Source: Eledone cirrhosa
Lineage: Eukaryota
DNA: 64,000 bases
Assembly: GCA_964016885.1 (NCBI GenBank)
Contig: OZ024740.1
Span: forward strand, 131,192,001-131,256,000
Direction of reading: 5' to 3'
Position 1 is the stretch's first letter. The number at the start of each line of letters is the position of its first letter. The translations under genes were made by a program, and so were the position numbers. The notes beneath the pieces were generated by a model that was not told the origin of the DNA, ran no database searches, and saw nothing but the letters and a program-made list of their open reading frames with translations. Of the stretch, positions 1 through 13,400 are shown in pieces.

Positions 1-3000
1 GACCAACAAAGTGGACCAAATGCATATCTATAAAAAAGGACCCCATGAAGAAACAGAACATACCCAAGAGTCCAATATTACTCCAGCATTAACTAAACTA
101 AACAGCAATGCTCCAAAAGCTGGAACAACCATTAGAACCCAATCTACGAGATGTCCACTCAGTGAAAAACACGCTAATCAATATATGGACTCAAAAGCTC
201 ACAGCCGGCAAATTCGCCTTTTGGAATCTCCTAAAAAATAATGGCAAGGCAGACATATATGAAAAGTTACTAAACTCTAGCCGAATCATCCTCCACAAAA
301 AGCTCCAAATAAAACCCAACGCGAATGAAACCAACAAAAACTTAGGGAAAATCTGGCGTTAGAAAAGTTTAAAATAGATATAGAACTGTTGCCGTTAAGA
401 GCCAACTCCAACGAAGAAAAATTCATGTCACTCGACAAACAGATGGAAACAGAAATCTCTAGGCAATCTGAAGGTCTACTCTATGACAAAAACCTTAAAA
501 CTTTGGAACGAAAAGTGTTAGGCTGAAGACTAACATCCCTCCAGCGATGGGAAAAAAAGACATCTGGTTCAAAAACTGCGAAATGGATTTCAAAAATGAA
601 CAACATACAGGTAACCCATTTTTAAAACAATCTAACACTCACACACCACACTCACAATAAATAACAACAAAAAGTAACAAAACGTCCAACATACCCCCAG
701 CAAAACTATGGCGACAATCCCAGATCTCATAGACAAAACTATAACCCTACTAAAAAAACCGAATGTCCTCCAATTTAAGACAGGACCCGATCCGCCGATC
801 ATAACCCACCAGAGGAACCAAATCTACAATCGGACCATCCACACACCGAACCGCAATACGTCCGAAACTTCTATACAAGACCACACAACAACAGGGTAAA
901 TGCCATTAGATATAATAATACCCATGAAAAATCAATTCAGCAAGTTCATTTTTTAGACCAAGGCTACAGGACCCACGACAGCAGGTGGCACAAAACAATT
1001 TTGAAAAGCCAAAAATAATCAACCTTTCAAATAAAAACTTCTCAGCCCAACAAATGAAAATTATCTCCAAAGGACTGAAATTCACACCAACACCACAATA
1101 TTCTAATCTCAATGAGGTAACTGACGATATCTCACACTTCTGTAGAAAATTACGTCTCACAGAGTAATCTTTTGACAATGATAATATCGACCAACATCAA
1201 ATACAAGCAGCTACAAACTAACAAAGGGTAGGAACAGCAATCTGGTCAACTTTTGTGACCACATAGCATCTTTCCCATACCATGAACTACCGCAACCTAA
1301 ACCCAAACCCAACAGAGTGGAATGGAATGGGAGACTAAAAACAATAATAACATTATAATTAAGGAAGCAGACAAGGGAAGCACTGTCGTCATTATGGATA
1401 CTGAACAATAAAAACATTCTATGTTCTCTCTCTTACAAGATACTAACTACTATGAAAGAGTAAAAATCTACCAGCCATCAAAAACGATGACCAGATAAAA
1501 CACATTTATTTGTCGACACCACTTGTCGACACCACTTAAGTAAAAAGGAACGTGATTATTTAACACATTTTGAATAGCAAACCATCAACCTCACCGGACT
1601 TCCGAAGATCCACAAGTGTAAAATGATTAACGTACCGCCTGTAAACAATACACCTCACACTGCGTGAACATACAATACCCCACAGACCTTAAATTAAGAC
1701 CAATTGTAGCGGGCCCACAATGTGAAACACACAGACTAAGCAACTTTATAGACATACTACTAAAACTTATTCTCAAACACATACTCAGTCTTGTAAGAGA
1801 CGATCTGGACCTCTTAAACCACCTCCACAAACATGTCAACAACTACACTATTATTGGGTCTTTTAATGTAGTGAATCTCTACACAACGATCCCACACCAA
1901 TACGGACTATTAGCAATAGGATTCTGGATAGAGAAATATGCCAATAAGATACCTGACAAAATAGGAAAAAGCTTCATTACCGAGGTATTTAAAATTTATT
2001 TTACAGAACAACTTTTTTGATTTCAATGGCAGTACTTACAAGGAAATATCGGGGACTGCGATGGGTACAAAAGTCGCTCCAACTTATGCCAACTTTGTCA
2101 TGGCATACTTGGAAGTCCAAATATGAGAACAGTCCAAATGAAAATACGGATTGAACTTCCACAAATATGTATCAGGGAATTGGAAACGCTATTTGGATGA
2201 TTGTCTCATTCTTTGGTCTCACACACTCGAACAATTAAATGATTTCAAATATTTAATTAATGGAATCAATAACAACATCAAATTCACAATGGAATACAGC
2301 CAAGATAAACTCCTATTTCTGGACAGCTTAATCATAAAAAGACACAAATATTGAAACGGACATAAACTACAAACGAACAGATTCCAAACAATACCTGCAA
2401 ATTCATCTCCAACCATCCAAAGCACACGAAGACGAACATCTCTTTTAACCTAGCAAGAAGAATTTGCACAGTTGTCTCCAATTATGAAACGCGAAATAAA
2501 AGACTTCAAGAATTAAAGGAAATACTACTCGAAAGACACTACACATCATTACTAGTAAATAATGGAATAGAAAGGGCTAAAGCAATAGGCAGTGATGTAC
2601 TACGAAAACAGAAACAAATTCAAGGTACGTCCAATATTCTATCCTATATCTCAACGCACAACCCAAGAAATGCGGAAGCTTACAGCACTATTCACAAGAA
2701 CATCCCACTATTGAGACAAGACCCAAGAATGAAAAAAGCCCTTGAAACACACAAAATATTCAAAAGCAAAAGAAAAACCAAAATCACTAATTACATTACT
2801 CACCAATGCCAAATTACCTACCACAAACCCACAACAAACTGTCAAAAAATGTGGTCGATCTAATTGTGGAACCTGCACTCACCTCATTGAAGGCAACACG
2901 TATACATTTCAATCAGGACAACATTTTGTTGTAAAAATCATCTAGTTTATGGCATTAAACGTAAAAGATGCAATGAAGATTATATAGGAAAAACTAAACT

Positions 3001-3665
3001 CACACTCAGAAACAGAATGACAGTTCATCGCCAACAATTACGAGATCCTACCACAAGATAGATACTACTCAGTGCATATCTAGATATATGCGCAAATTGT
3101 AAGCCACCAACATTCCAAGTTTCCAATTTTATCTTTGCGTCATAATTTCATTTATAACCAATCAAATTACATTTATAAAAAGAAGCCTTCGTCAGCCACC
3201 ATTTTTAAGTAAAAACAAACTGGCGCGAAAGCTGATATGCGTATTCATGTGACTGCATCAACCAACGAAAGTGCACTCATATATGAAAAAAAAACCTGAG
3301 CTCCCCGTTCTTTGAAGGCAAATATAATAAGAACTTTGTGTCGCTAACTGGCGCGAAATTTATTATACTTATTCACAAACCAACCAAATTACTTCTCTAA
3401 AACCTTGCATTTCGAGCCTATTTTTTCCATATAAAACAGACGTAACATTCAAGTACCAACCAAATGTGATAAAAACAACAAACCCTCCATCTCAATTCTA
3501 CTTTTGAAAAGCAGAAGAACTGTGAAACATGTAAAGGAAACAAATATATATCTATATAAAAAATAAAGACTCCAGATGCATTTTCGATTTCATCTCATTT
3601 CCTTATACTTTCACTCGGGTAGGACACCTCGGTTTGTTTTCATTTTGTAAGAAAACCTCACTTTC

Positions 3666-3668
<3 letters not shown>
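1..3668 (+). mobile_element. Decayed Penelope-like element, family A (RT + C-terminal GIY-YIG; Neptune-like by its Cys linker, tentative)
   Basis: Fragmented ORFs carry PLE motifs in order: IINLS..ISKGLKFTPTP (985-1167), LRPIVAGP..VVNLYTTIP (1664-2020), GTAMGTKVAPTYAN (~2053-2094), WKRYLDD (2151-2354), CGRSNCGTC linker (~2849-2877) and a YG..C.EDYIGKT..LRNRMTVH GIY-YIG segment (~2948-3030). There are many stops and frameshifts. The 3' end 3481-3668 recurs at 31826-32014 and abuts (TA)n. Confidence 0.9.
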
Positions 3669-3907
<239 letters not shown>

Positions 3908-3908
<1 letters not shown>

Positions 3909-4100
3909 GGAAAATGTATGACCCCGATGGCAGAGGTCAAGCCGTTTCGATGGCTTTTTCTGGACGGAAATAACCGTCCAAACGGCTTGAGCTATGCCGT
4001 CGAGGTCATACTTTATCTTATTTCCCACTCTACTACTCCAAGTATTGAGTAGTCTGGTGCGTTATGGTCTATCTGGTTCCTTACCACAATTCCTTTGTTA
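3908..4100. mobile_element. Mini PLE insertion, family C: two inverted pseudo-LTR fragments forming a hairpin, plus tail
   Basis: 3917-3955 is the reverse complement of 3974-4011. The sequence matches 18751-18800, 21607-21722 and 46438-46656. (TA)n lies on both sides. Confidence 0.85.
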
Positions 4101-4124
4101 TATATATATATGTATATATATATA

Positions 4125-5260
<1,136 letters not shown>

Positions 5261-5409
5261 AGAATTAAAAGACTAGAGTGTGTTGGAGTTAAACACCCTC
5301 TTCATATTATAGAAATGACAGTAAATGTATAGCTCCATGTAATTAAACAGAGCCGAAGAATTATGAAAATAAACCAAAGAAGCCTTCAATACATCAAAAG
5401 TCTTTATTA

Positions 5410-5447
5410 GCCAACAATGTTTCGTCCTATTAAGGACTCATCAGGGC
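5410..5447 (-). ncRNA. Minimal type I hammerhead ribozyme
   Basis: Minus strand reads GCC-CTGATGA-GTCCT-TAAT-AGGAC-GAAA-CATTG-TT^-GGC-T-AATAAA. It has a canonical core, a 5-bp stem II, a quasi-palindromic stem III (ACATTGT), a GUU triplet and a polyA signal immediately after. Confidence 0.88.
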
Positions 5448-5748
5448 AAGTAAAGCTATAAGAAGCACTATCGGTCAATACAGGCCAAAAACTCAGAAGA
5501 ATATGGAGTATACATACATTAAAGCATAGGAGAATTATCAAGTAAAAATTATCAAGTAAAAATTGCTAAGGAAGTTAATAACACGTTGAAGCATATTATA
5601 AATATAGTACAATGCAAAAACTAAAAACTAAAACTAAACACAAGTTGTGATATAAAGCTAGAATTACAGTACTATATATAATATAATATAATATAATATA
5701 ATATAATTAACAATTATAATAATAATAAAATTAAAAGGCCCAATATAC

Positions 5749-5788
<40 letters not shown>

Positions 5789-5792
5789 GTTT

Positions 5793-5866
<74 letters not shown>

Positions 5867-7383
5867 CATACATCAATACAAACACAAACTAACACTTATT
5901 AAGAGTTTAAATATAAATAAAAATAAAAATAAAAATATAATACATATATTATTTACAGTATAAAATGATAAAGAAATGAATAAAAATAAACATATAATAT
6001 ATAATATACTATATAATTATATAATTTATAATCTCCGGTTAATTTGCACAAACAATATAAATATTACAATAACACTATAATAACAATATTATAATATATT
6101 GGCATATAACTTAACAAATCATATAAAGTTACACACAGGGTGAGAAAAAAATATCATACAGAATTAAATTGTGTTGAAAAAATTGTGCTGGAAAAATATC
6201 TATACCGTTGGAAGAAAACAGAAGGAGGTCAAGTTTTTATACAATTGGTATAAATAAATATTATCTAAACATCATAAAAATTATAAAAATATAAACATAT
6301 TACAGAATTTACAAAATTTAACATAAGGGTACATCGAATAATCGGTAAATATTTAAGATCTATAGTACGATTACATAGAGTGATATGATATAATAAATTC
6401 AATATCAAATAACAAACATAGTATAATATACATAATTACATGGTTAGTAGACAGAGATATGTGAATAAGTGCATAAGAACCAGACAGACACTACGCACGG
6501 TAGTAAAAAAAAAAATATATATATATAAATAAAACCAACCGGAAATCGAAAAACAAAAACAAATATATTTACTTAGGTATCACAAGCAGTTAAGTAAAAA
6601 AATTAGGAATCAAACCCGGATAAATGACTAGAAAACCCTATTAAATTAATTAATATTGAAAGTATTTAAAATACATAATAAGTCAATACAAAATTAGCTA
6701 TGGTTTAAGTAATCAAAATCTCCAAAGTTTAAGATATCTCAATAAAAATATCCAGAATAGAATGAAATATTCTACTATCAGTTGAATAACGTTATCTAAT
6801 AAACGGACTTTAAATAGAACTATGGTAGGCCAATGGGGACAGAAATAAGAAAGGTATGGAGGATAAGAAGGAGCATAAAATCATAATCAATATACTGTAT
6901 AATACAATAGAAAGGAGAATAAAAGGGAATTGAATATAATTATAGTATAATTGAAGGGGCGAATGACAAGTGTGTTGGGGGAAGGGGGGGGGGTAATTAT
7001 CTAAATGAGAATCCAAATAAAATAAAATAAAATAATATAAAATAAAATAAAATAAAATATATAATCAGATATAAACTCATAAGTTGTTAATAGTGAAAAT
7101 ATAATATTTAAGAAGATAGATACGGTATGGCAGCCAAAAGACTATGAAAGCTAGATCGAAAAGCTGTTAAAAACCAATAATAATAATGATAATGATGGTT
7201 GTAAACAAAATGAACCTAAACAAAAAAGATAAGGGAATATAGCAGCTAATGGATACAATTTACACTACCAGAACTTTTAGGTTTATAATAAAAGTAAGAA
7301 TTAGAAATGGCGTGGGGGAAGGAAGAGAATATCTCAGACTTTCTATTAAGTAAGAGTTCCCTAGAGAAAATTATAGAGTGGGT

Positions 7384-8619
7384 CTAAAGGATACAGAGAT
7401 TACAGAATTTAGTGTGTGTTGATAGGTTATTAGAGCGTGCTACTATTCGCCAATTAAGGCTATATGGTATATTAGCCCCCTTAAGATCCCAGATATGGTG
7501 TGCTAAAGAAGTAAAATTCTTAAACTTAACATGTTTAAAATTAGAGATATGAGAATTAAATCTAGTCTTAAAAGTGTTAGATGTTGAGCCTATATATGCG
7601 ATATTAGAGGAATTAGTTTTAACTACACAAGCATAAACGATGTTCCTAGAGAGGCAGTTACCGTTTAAAGGGCAGTTAACACTCACTCTACCATCACACT
7701 TCCGGGTGCTATTGATCGGCTGAAGTAGTGATGCATCACTCGTAGGGTTACTATGAGACAAGGTCTGCTCAGGTGGTAAGGCATTTATGGATCTATCCAG
7801 ACTAGTAGTACGCAGAGAGGAGTAGCCGTCCCTAATTTTCCCATTGTTAGTGCTAGCTAAATGAGAACTAATATTATGGGTGGTAGAGAATGATAGTTTA
7901 ATTGCGTTTGTATTAAAAATACCATGGTATTTATTAGTAGGAGGGACATTTTTCTCTAAGATAGAAAAGAAAGACATAGGGATGTTAGTTAATACTTCCT
8001 GATCATATGGCGGGTTAAAATAAGTATTTAGTCTCCTTCTATTTCTATCCTTACCAACTCTACCGTTATCTAATATCCCATTATTAAGATCTGGGTTACT
8101 ACGAGGACTAGTTAAAACCAGATTATTAGAATCAGCCGAAAACCCATTGAGTCTCCTTCTGTTTCTACCTTTAGTATATCTACTGCTACCTGGATTCATA
8201 TCAATAGGATTAGGGCTAATAATAGGATCAGTAGAAACAACACTATTAGACTTAGATTTAGCAAAAGCATTACAACTGAGTGAGCGCTCAGAGCGCTCGA
8301 CTTGATTCCTAGAACTTTTAGATTCCCTATTACGAATCCGGTGGCTTAACTTATGGATGGGTTCGGATACACATATGTGATTACTACGATTCTTATGCTT
8401 TCTACTCCCATTCATGGCCATATTATGGGATATTATGTTATTATTATTATATGTAAGCGGAGACTTTCTAAGGTTACTATTATTATAATGTATTTTACCA
8501 GAGTAACCGGAGTTAGCTAGGGCATTATTATAGTACTCTGCATGTGCATTAAATATTCCTATGTCCTCAGAGTGTGTGGAAATTCTATTAGATACACCAT
8601 TAATTATAGAGCTTATCAT
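7384..8619 (-). CDS. C-terminal part of PLE polyprotein (RT thumb + GIY-YIG endonuclease), uninterrupted for 411 aa
   Basis: Motifs as listed for the element. The RT core is absent because of 5' truncation. Confidence 0.8.
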   Translation of the reverse strand: MISSIINGVSNRISTHSEDIGIFNAHAEYYNNALANSGYSGKIHYNNSNLRKSPLTYNNNNIISHNMAMNGSRKHKNRSNHICVSEPIHKLSHRIRNRESKSSRNQVERSERSLSCNAFAKSKSNSVVSTDPIISPNPIDMNPGSSRYTKGRNRRRLNGFSADSNNLVLTSPRSNPDLNNGILDNGRVGKDRNRRRLNTYFNPPYDQEVLTNIPMSFFSILEKNVPPTNKYHGIFNTNAIKLSFSTTHNISSHLASTNNGKIRDGYSSLRTTSLDRSINALPPEQTLSHSNPTSDASLLQPINSTRKCDGRVSVNCPLNGNCLSRNIVYACVVKTNSSNIAYIGSTSNTFKTRFNSHISNFKHVKFKNFTSLAHHIWDLKGANIPYSLNWRIVARSNNLSTHTKFCNLCIL

Positions 8620-8672
8620 AGATTTGGGGTGGTTAGAATTGGGACTAACATAAGAGAGTATTTCATTAGGTT

Positions 8673-8737
<65 letters not shown>

Positions 8738-9109
8738 TTCTAATTGACCATTTGTATAGAATATCCTCTTAACCGAAGATAAACTTTAACATTCGGCTAA
8801 TACTGCGTAACAAATATAACAGTCCAGATCTCCACCCAAACCACAAACGCTTCCGTGCCTGGATGATTTTGCTAACATCAAGAATCATGCACTATGGATA
8901 AGCGAAGCAGCTAAAACGTGGTGAGAATTATGCTGCGATACCCTCCTTCCAATCGACTCCCCATGTACTAAAGTACAACCTAACTAATTGGAATATTTCC
9001 GGACACAATCTAGACCGTCGCAATCCATACCACTGCATTCCGAGCTTGCCCCCATACGTAATTACATACACTTCCCTCCTTTCTAAGTATTTGTGGAATA
9101 TAATATTCA

Positions 9110-11208
9110 ATGATATTAAATAATAGGAAACTATATTTATAAAACCATATTTATTCTGTTATACATAGTTCAGGGGTACCAACACTTTGGGACGCCCTCG
9201 CCAGATAAAATACAAAATTTGTTTTATAAATATTGACATAACCAGGAAGAAGATCTAAATGGTTCAAGTTTTTCCTGAATAGTAACAGAAAGAAGGGAAA
9301 GAGACGAAAACTCAAATATTTCAAATTATTAAGATGCGTATGCAAATGAGTTTGAGGTATAGGGCTGGAAAAAAAAAGTTATTTTTAGACGCTAAGTAGA
9401 TTTAAATAATTATTAGGATATATATATTTATGTGTAGGAAGAAGAAAGAGAAAGAAGGAATAACTTGTATTTACGTTGTAATTACTATAATTTAAAAGAA
9501 TTAACTGTTTGTAGGAATAGTACCATTTCTAATAACAACGACTCCAGAAAATATAACTGTATATTAAAACAAACTGCCCTTTACAAAATAATTGCTTAGA
9601 CAAAAACGTAATTTATAAATGCACAGTTAAAACTACAGACAAAATATTGAACTAAATAGGTGCCACTACTACAATATTCAAAGAACGCTGGAACAACCAG
9701 AAACATACATTTAATAGGTCCGATAATAAATCTTCCACTCCACTTTCACATTTAATTTGGAATTTAAATGACAACAATATAGACTATTCAATATCTTGGG
9801 TAACGATTTCGAAAGCACCTGCATAGCCAAATATGGCTTTCTCAAGAATCTGTCATTTGTGTATCGAGGAAACATTTTATATAATTAACTGTCAAAACTC
9901 TATTAATTTAAAAACAGAATTATTACAGAAGTATTTCAGAAGTATTTTTAATCTATGATATTCATTACACTTGACTATATCCTATACATCTCTAAAATGA
10001 TCCTATTATTTACTGAGTATTTCTTTAAAACTTTAAATTTTTTTTAAAATGATCTTCCTTCTTAAATTTAGTATTTTTACTATTTGATATTCTTTTCCTA
10101 ATGATACTCTTCTTAATCTACTTTTTAGATGTAGATTGATAATCTTTAATTGACATTCTTAAAGATATACGATTGATGTTAGTTCTTCGAAATGCATAAT
10201 ACTTATTTCATCTTCAATCTTTTCACACATCTTTCGATGTAAATAATATGTAATTGAAATCCTCATCCTTGAAAAAAATAATCAGACACGAAATAATATA
10301 TAATTTTCTCTACATACTTTCTGAGTAAATCATTCATCAAATTTAATGGTTAGCAAATAAGATCGGGGTTATCTTTTCCTTTACAATGATAACTTGTATG
10401 ATAAACATATATAACTACGCCTAATTAACAATATTCTGAAAACATTTTCAATGGAACAAAATATTTGAATCTACAAATTGTTCTCCTCTTACAACTGGAA
10501 CTACGTCAGTTTCTTGCATGTCTTATGTAAAATGTAAAAATCAACATCCTTCGTAACTCATATGAGAAATGTAAACAATTAATACGTGTGGCTTATTTCT
10601 ATAAAATCACTAATAATCATTATACTTGCACAATTATTTATCTATATAGATATTTATATGCTTACAACCTGTTGTAATGTAATAAGATAAAATGTACTTA
10701 CAACCATACTTCTTCATATAATGTAATTGATTATATATACAATATTATAACTCATAATATAGCTTAATATTTTTTTAAATTCTGGAATCATATTCCACAA
10801 TTCGTACAAACTTTTAATTCTTTTTATATTAACGTAAATACAAGCTCTTCTTTCTTTCTCTTTCTTCTTCCTACACATACATATATATATCCTAATAATT
10901 ATTTAAATCTACCTAGCGTCTAAAAATAACGTTTTTCTCTTCAGCCCTATACCTCAACCTCATTTGCATACGCATCTTAATTCTTAATAATTTGAAATAT
11001 TTGACTTTTAATTTTATTTCCATTCTTTCCTTTACTATCCAGGAAAAACTTGAACCCTTAAGATCTTCTTCCTGGTTATGTCAATATTTATGAAAGAAAC
11101 TTTGTATTTTATCTGATGAGAGCAGACCAAAGTTGTGGTACACATGAAATATATATCATAGAATACATATGGTTTTATAAATATAGTTACCATTTATTTA
11201 ATATCATT
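9110..11208. mobile_element. Old PLE, family E, with ~350-bp inverted pseudo-LTRs
   Basis: 9110-9458 is the reverse complement of ~10849-11208. The right arm contains an HHR. The interior shows only weak GIY-YIG-like traces on the minus strand (FRNRY, LNVKVEWKI; ~9735-9840). Confidence 0.75.
11105..11165 (+). ncRNA. Type I hammerhead motif with decayed stem II
   Basis: TATTTTAT-CTGATGA-(26 nt)-GAAA-TATATA-TC^-ATAGAATA. Stem I is 8 bp, stem III is palindromic and the triplet is AUC. Confidence 0.7.
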
Positions 11209-11380
11209 ATATATATATTAACATCAATATGAGTATAGTAAGAAATATTTGTGTCTGCAGTTCTGTTTACATGCCAAGGCAACATCAAGAATGAAGGGTT
11301 CATCCTACTGACATGGCTTTAAAAATGAGGGTTGTTTGCATAATTACAAACGAATGGAATGTTTATATTCGAGAATCGAA

Positions 11381-11416
<36 letters not shown>

Positions 11417-11420
<4 letters not shown>

Positions 11421-11889
11421 AATAAAATACAATTGTCTGAAGCTGTACAAATTAAATGTTTATTAATTGGATAATAGATATGTAATGATACATATTTGTT
11501 TTTCTAACATTTAAATCTACTGATTTACAGAAATAACATTTATTGTATTCAGCCATTTAGAGCGAACTTGTATATATATATATATAAGTTCGCTCTAAAT
11601 GGCTGAATACAATAAATGTTATTTCTGTAAATTAGTAGATTTAAATGTTAGAAAAACAAATATGTATCATTACATATCGATTATCCAATTAATAAACCTT
11701 TAATTTGTACAGCTTCAGACAATAGTATTTTATTAACAAACATAAATGACGTCTACCCCATAAAAACATGACATATTTGCTACATTATAGCTGTTCCTTC
11801 TTGGCATAATATCTGAAATGACTTATCTTTTTAGTCATACAATCCTTTGAACAACCCGTCAAAATACTTACATAAATACATATGTGTAT

Positions 11890-11935
<46 letters not shown>

Positions 11936-12336
11936 TAAAGATTTACATATGCATAAAGTCATAGATATATGTTGCAACCGGTCACCTTGTGGCTCAAAGA
12001 AGAATTAATAAATTAAATAATCAAGCAATATATCATAAATCATGTCCTTAGAATTATTAGATAAAATATATACCATTTCCTCTCCCAATTAGCATAATTA
12101 ACCATATCAAAAATCAATTTGTATATTCAGTCAGTTTCTACATGCTGTTGAAATATTGGATAAATACTGTATTGGGGTCACCGCGAAGAGGCCGCTTTCG
12201 GTTATTTGTCGGAAATTTCTTCATAGGAGCCATTATTCCTATAGCGTCGTCTAATTGATTGTTTATATGGTTAATTGTGCTAATTGGGAGAGGAAATGGT
12301 ATATATTTTATCTAATAATTCTAAGGACTTGATTTA

Positions 12337-12374
<38 letters not shown>

Positions 12375-12635
12375 TTATATAAGTATTTTGACGGGTTGTT
12401 CAATGGCTTTCATGACTCAAAACCCATATCAGATATTATTCCAAGAAGGAACAGCTATAATGTAGCAAATATGTCATGTTTGTATGGGACAGACGTCCTT
12501 CATCTTTGTTAATAAAATAGAATTGCCTGAAGCTGTAAAAATTAAATATTTATTACTTCGATAATAGATATGTAATGATACATATTTATTTTTCTAAAAT
12601 TTAAATCTACTGATTTACAGAAATAACATTTTATT
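11417..12635. repeat. Nested inverted repeats
   Basis: Near-perfect palindrome at 11417-11738 centred on (TA)n. ~11608-11881 is inverted against ~12369-12631, and inside that ~12028-12106 is inverted against ~12264-12345. Confidence 0.9.
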
Positions 12636-12959
12636 GCTCTTAAATGTGCGGACAAACTGCACGTTACCAAGGCGCTTTTTTGAATTAAATAAAACTTTTA
12701 TATTTGATATTCGTTTTGAATTATTTCCATAAAATAACAAAACGTTATATTTTGAAATTGTCTTTCCCACAAGTTTCTAAATTTTCTTTTAATATCACTT
12801 GAATTAGTTATATTATTTTACCTGATCAATGTTTGCATTGATTTGTTCACAAAAAGCCTTACCTCGCAGACTGATATATAACTTTGCAGGTGAGACCGTC
12901 TATACAAAATACGTGCCATTCTGAATTGTAGATTTGCATTGATTTTACAATGAATATCT

Positions 12960-13400
12960 GATCTTTTCTGGTTCTCCTTTATCCCAAACATTTACGGAGA
13001 TTTCTAATGCCTTTGAAACTATTGTCTGCGATTACTAGCCTGATGTTTGCAGTTCATTAAAGGTTTCCTTCAGCATTTCTTTCATTTTTGCTTTTAAAAC
13101 CGTAGTAGTATGTTTACATTGATACTTCAAAATGTGTGTGACACGCAATACAATAAGAACTAGCCATATCTCAGCCCTTCTCACGCAGCTCCCTGGCACG
13201 TAAAAGTTAGTTATAAAATATATTTTTTCAGCAATATCACGTTGATTCCCTAGTAGATTGTTCAGTCGAACATCGAAAATATATATTATGTCGTCGATGC
13301 AGACAGAGGCCAACAATAAGTTAGTGCTTGTTAATATGTATGAAAGTCAATATAATGTAATGAACGTCTTCTTGAAAACAAATAAAAATATAGGCACAGT
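12960..13400 (-). pseudogene. Class A (rhodopsin-like, peptide-receptor-type) GPCR remnant, TM1-TM3/ICL2
   Basis: Extending ORF 13035-13316 upstream in frame gives VPIFLFVFKKTFITLY*LSYILTSTNLLLASVCIDDIIYIF..RRAEIWLVLIVLRVTHILKY..TTTVLKAK. This resembles TM2 'TSTNxxLxSLAxxD' and TM3-ICL2 'SIWLxxxxxxERYxAVxHPLK..T..AK'. There are in-frame stops and the ERY motif is lost. Confidence 0.5.

Larger units (their letters stand above)
5261..8672 (-). mobile_element. 5'-truncated PLE, family D (thumb-linker-GIY-YIG, ~1.9 kb AT-rich 3'UTR, HHR)
   Basis: The 411-aa ORF has SNRIS..S, YFNPPY, IFN..IKLSFST, CPLNGNCL..NIVY, YIGST..FKTRFNSH, TSLAHHIW.LK and FCNLC. An HHR lies at 5410-5447, and (TA)n flanks both ends. 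Confidence 0.92.

Noticed and set aside
13290-13310. CIDD read as an RT YxDD motif
   Set aside because: The flanking residues fit GPCR TM2 better, and no other RT motifs are present.
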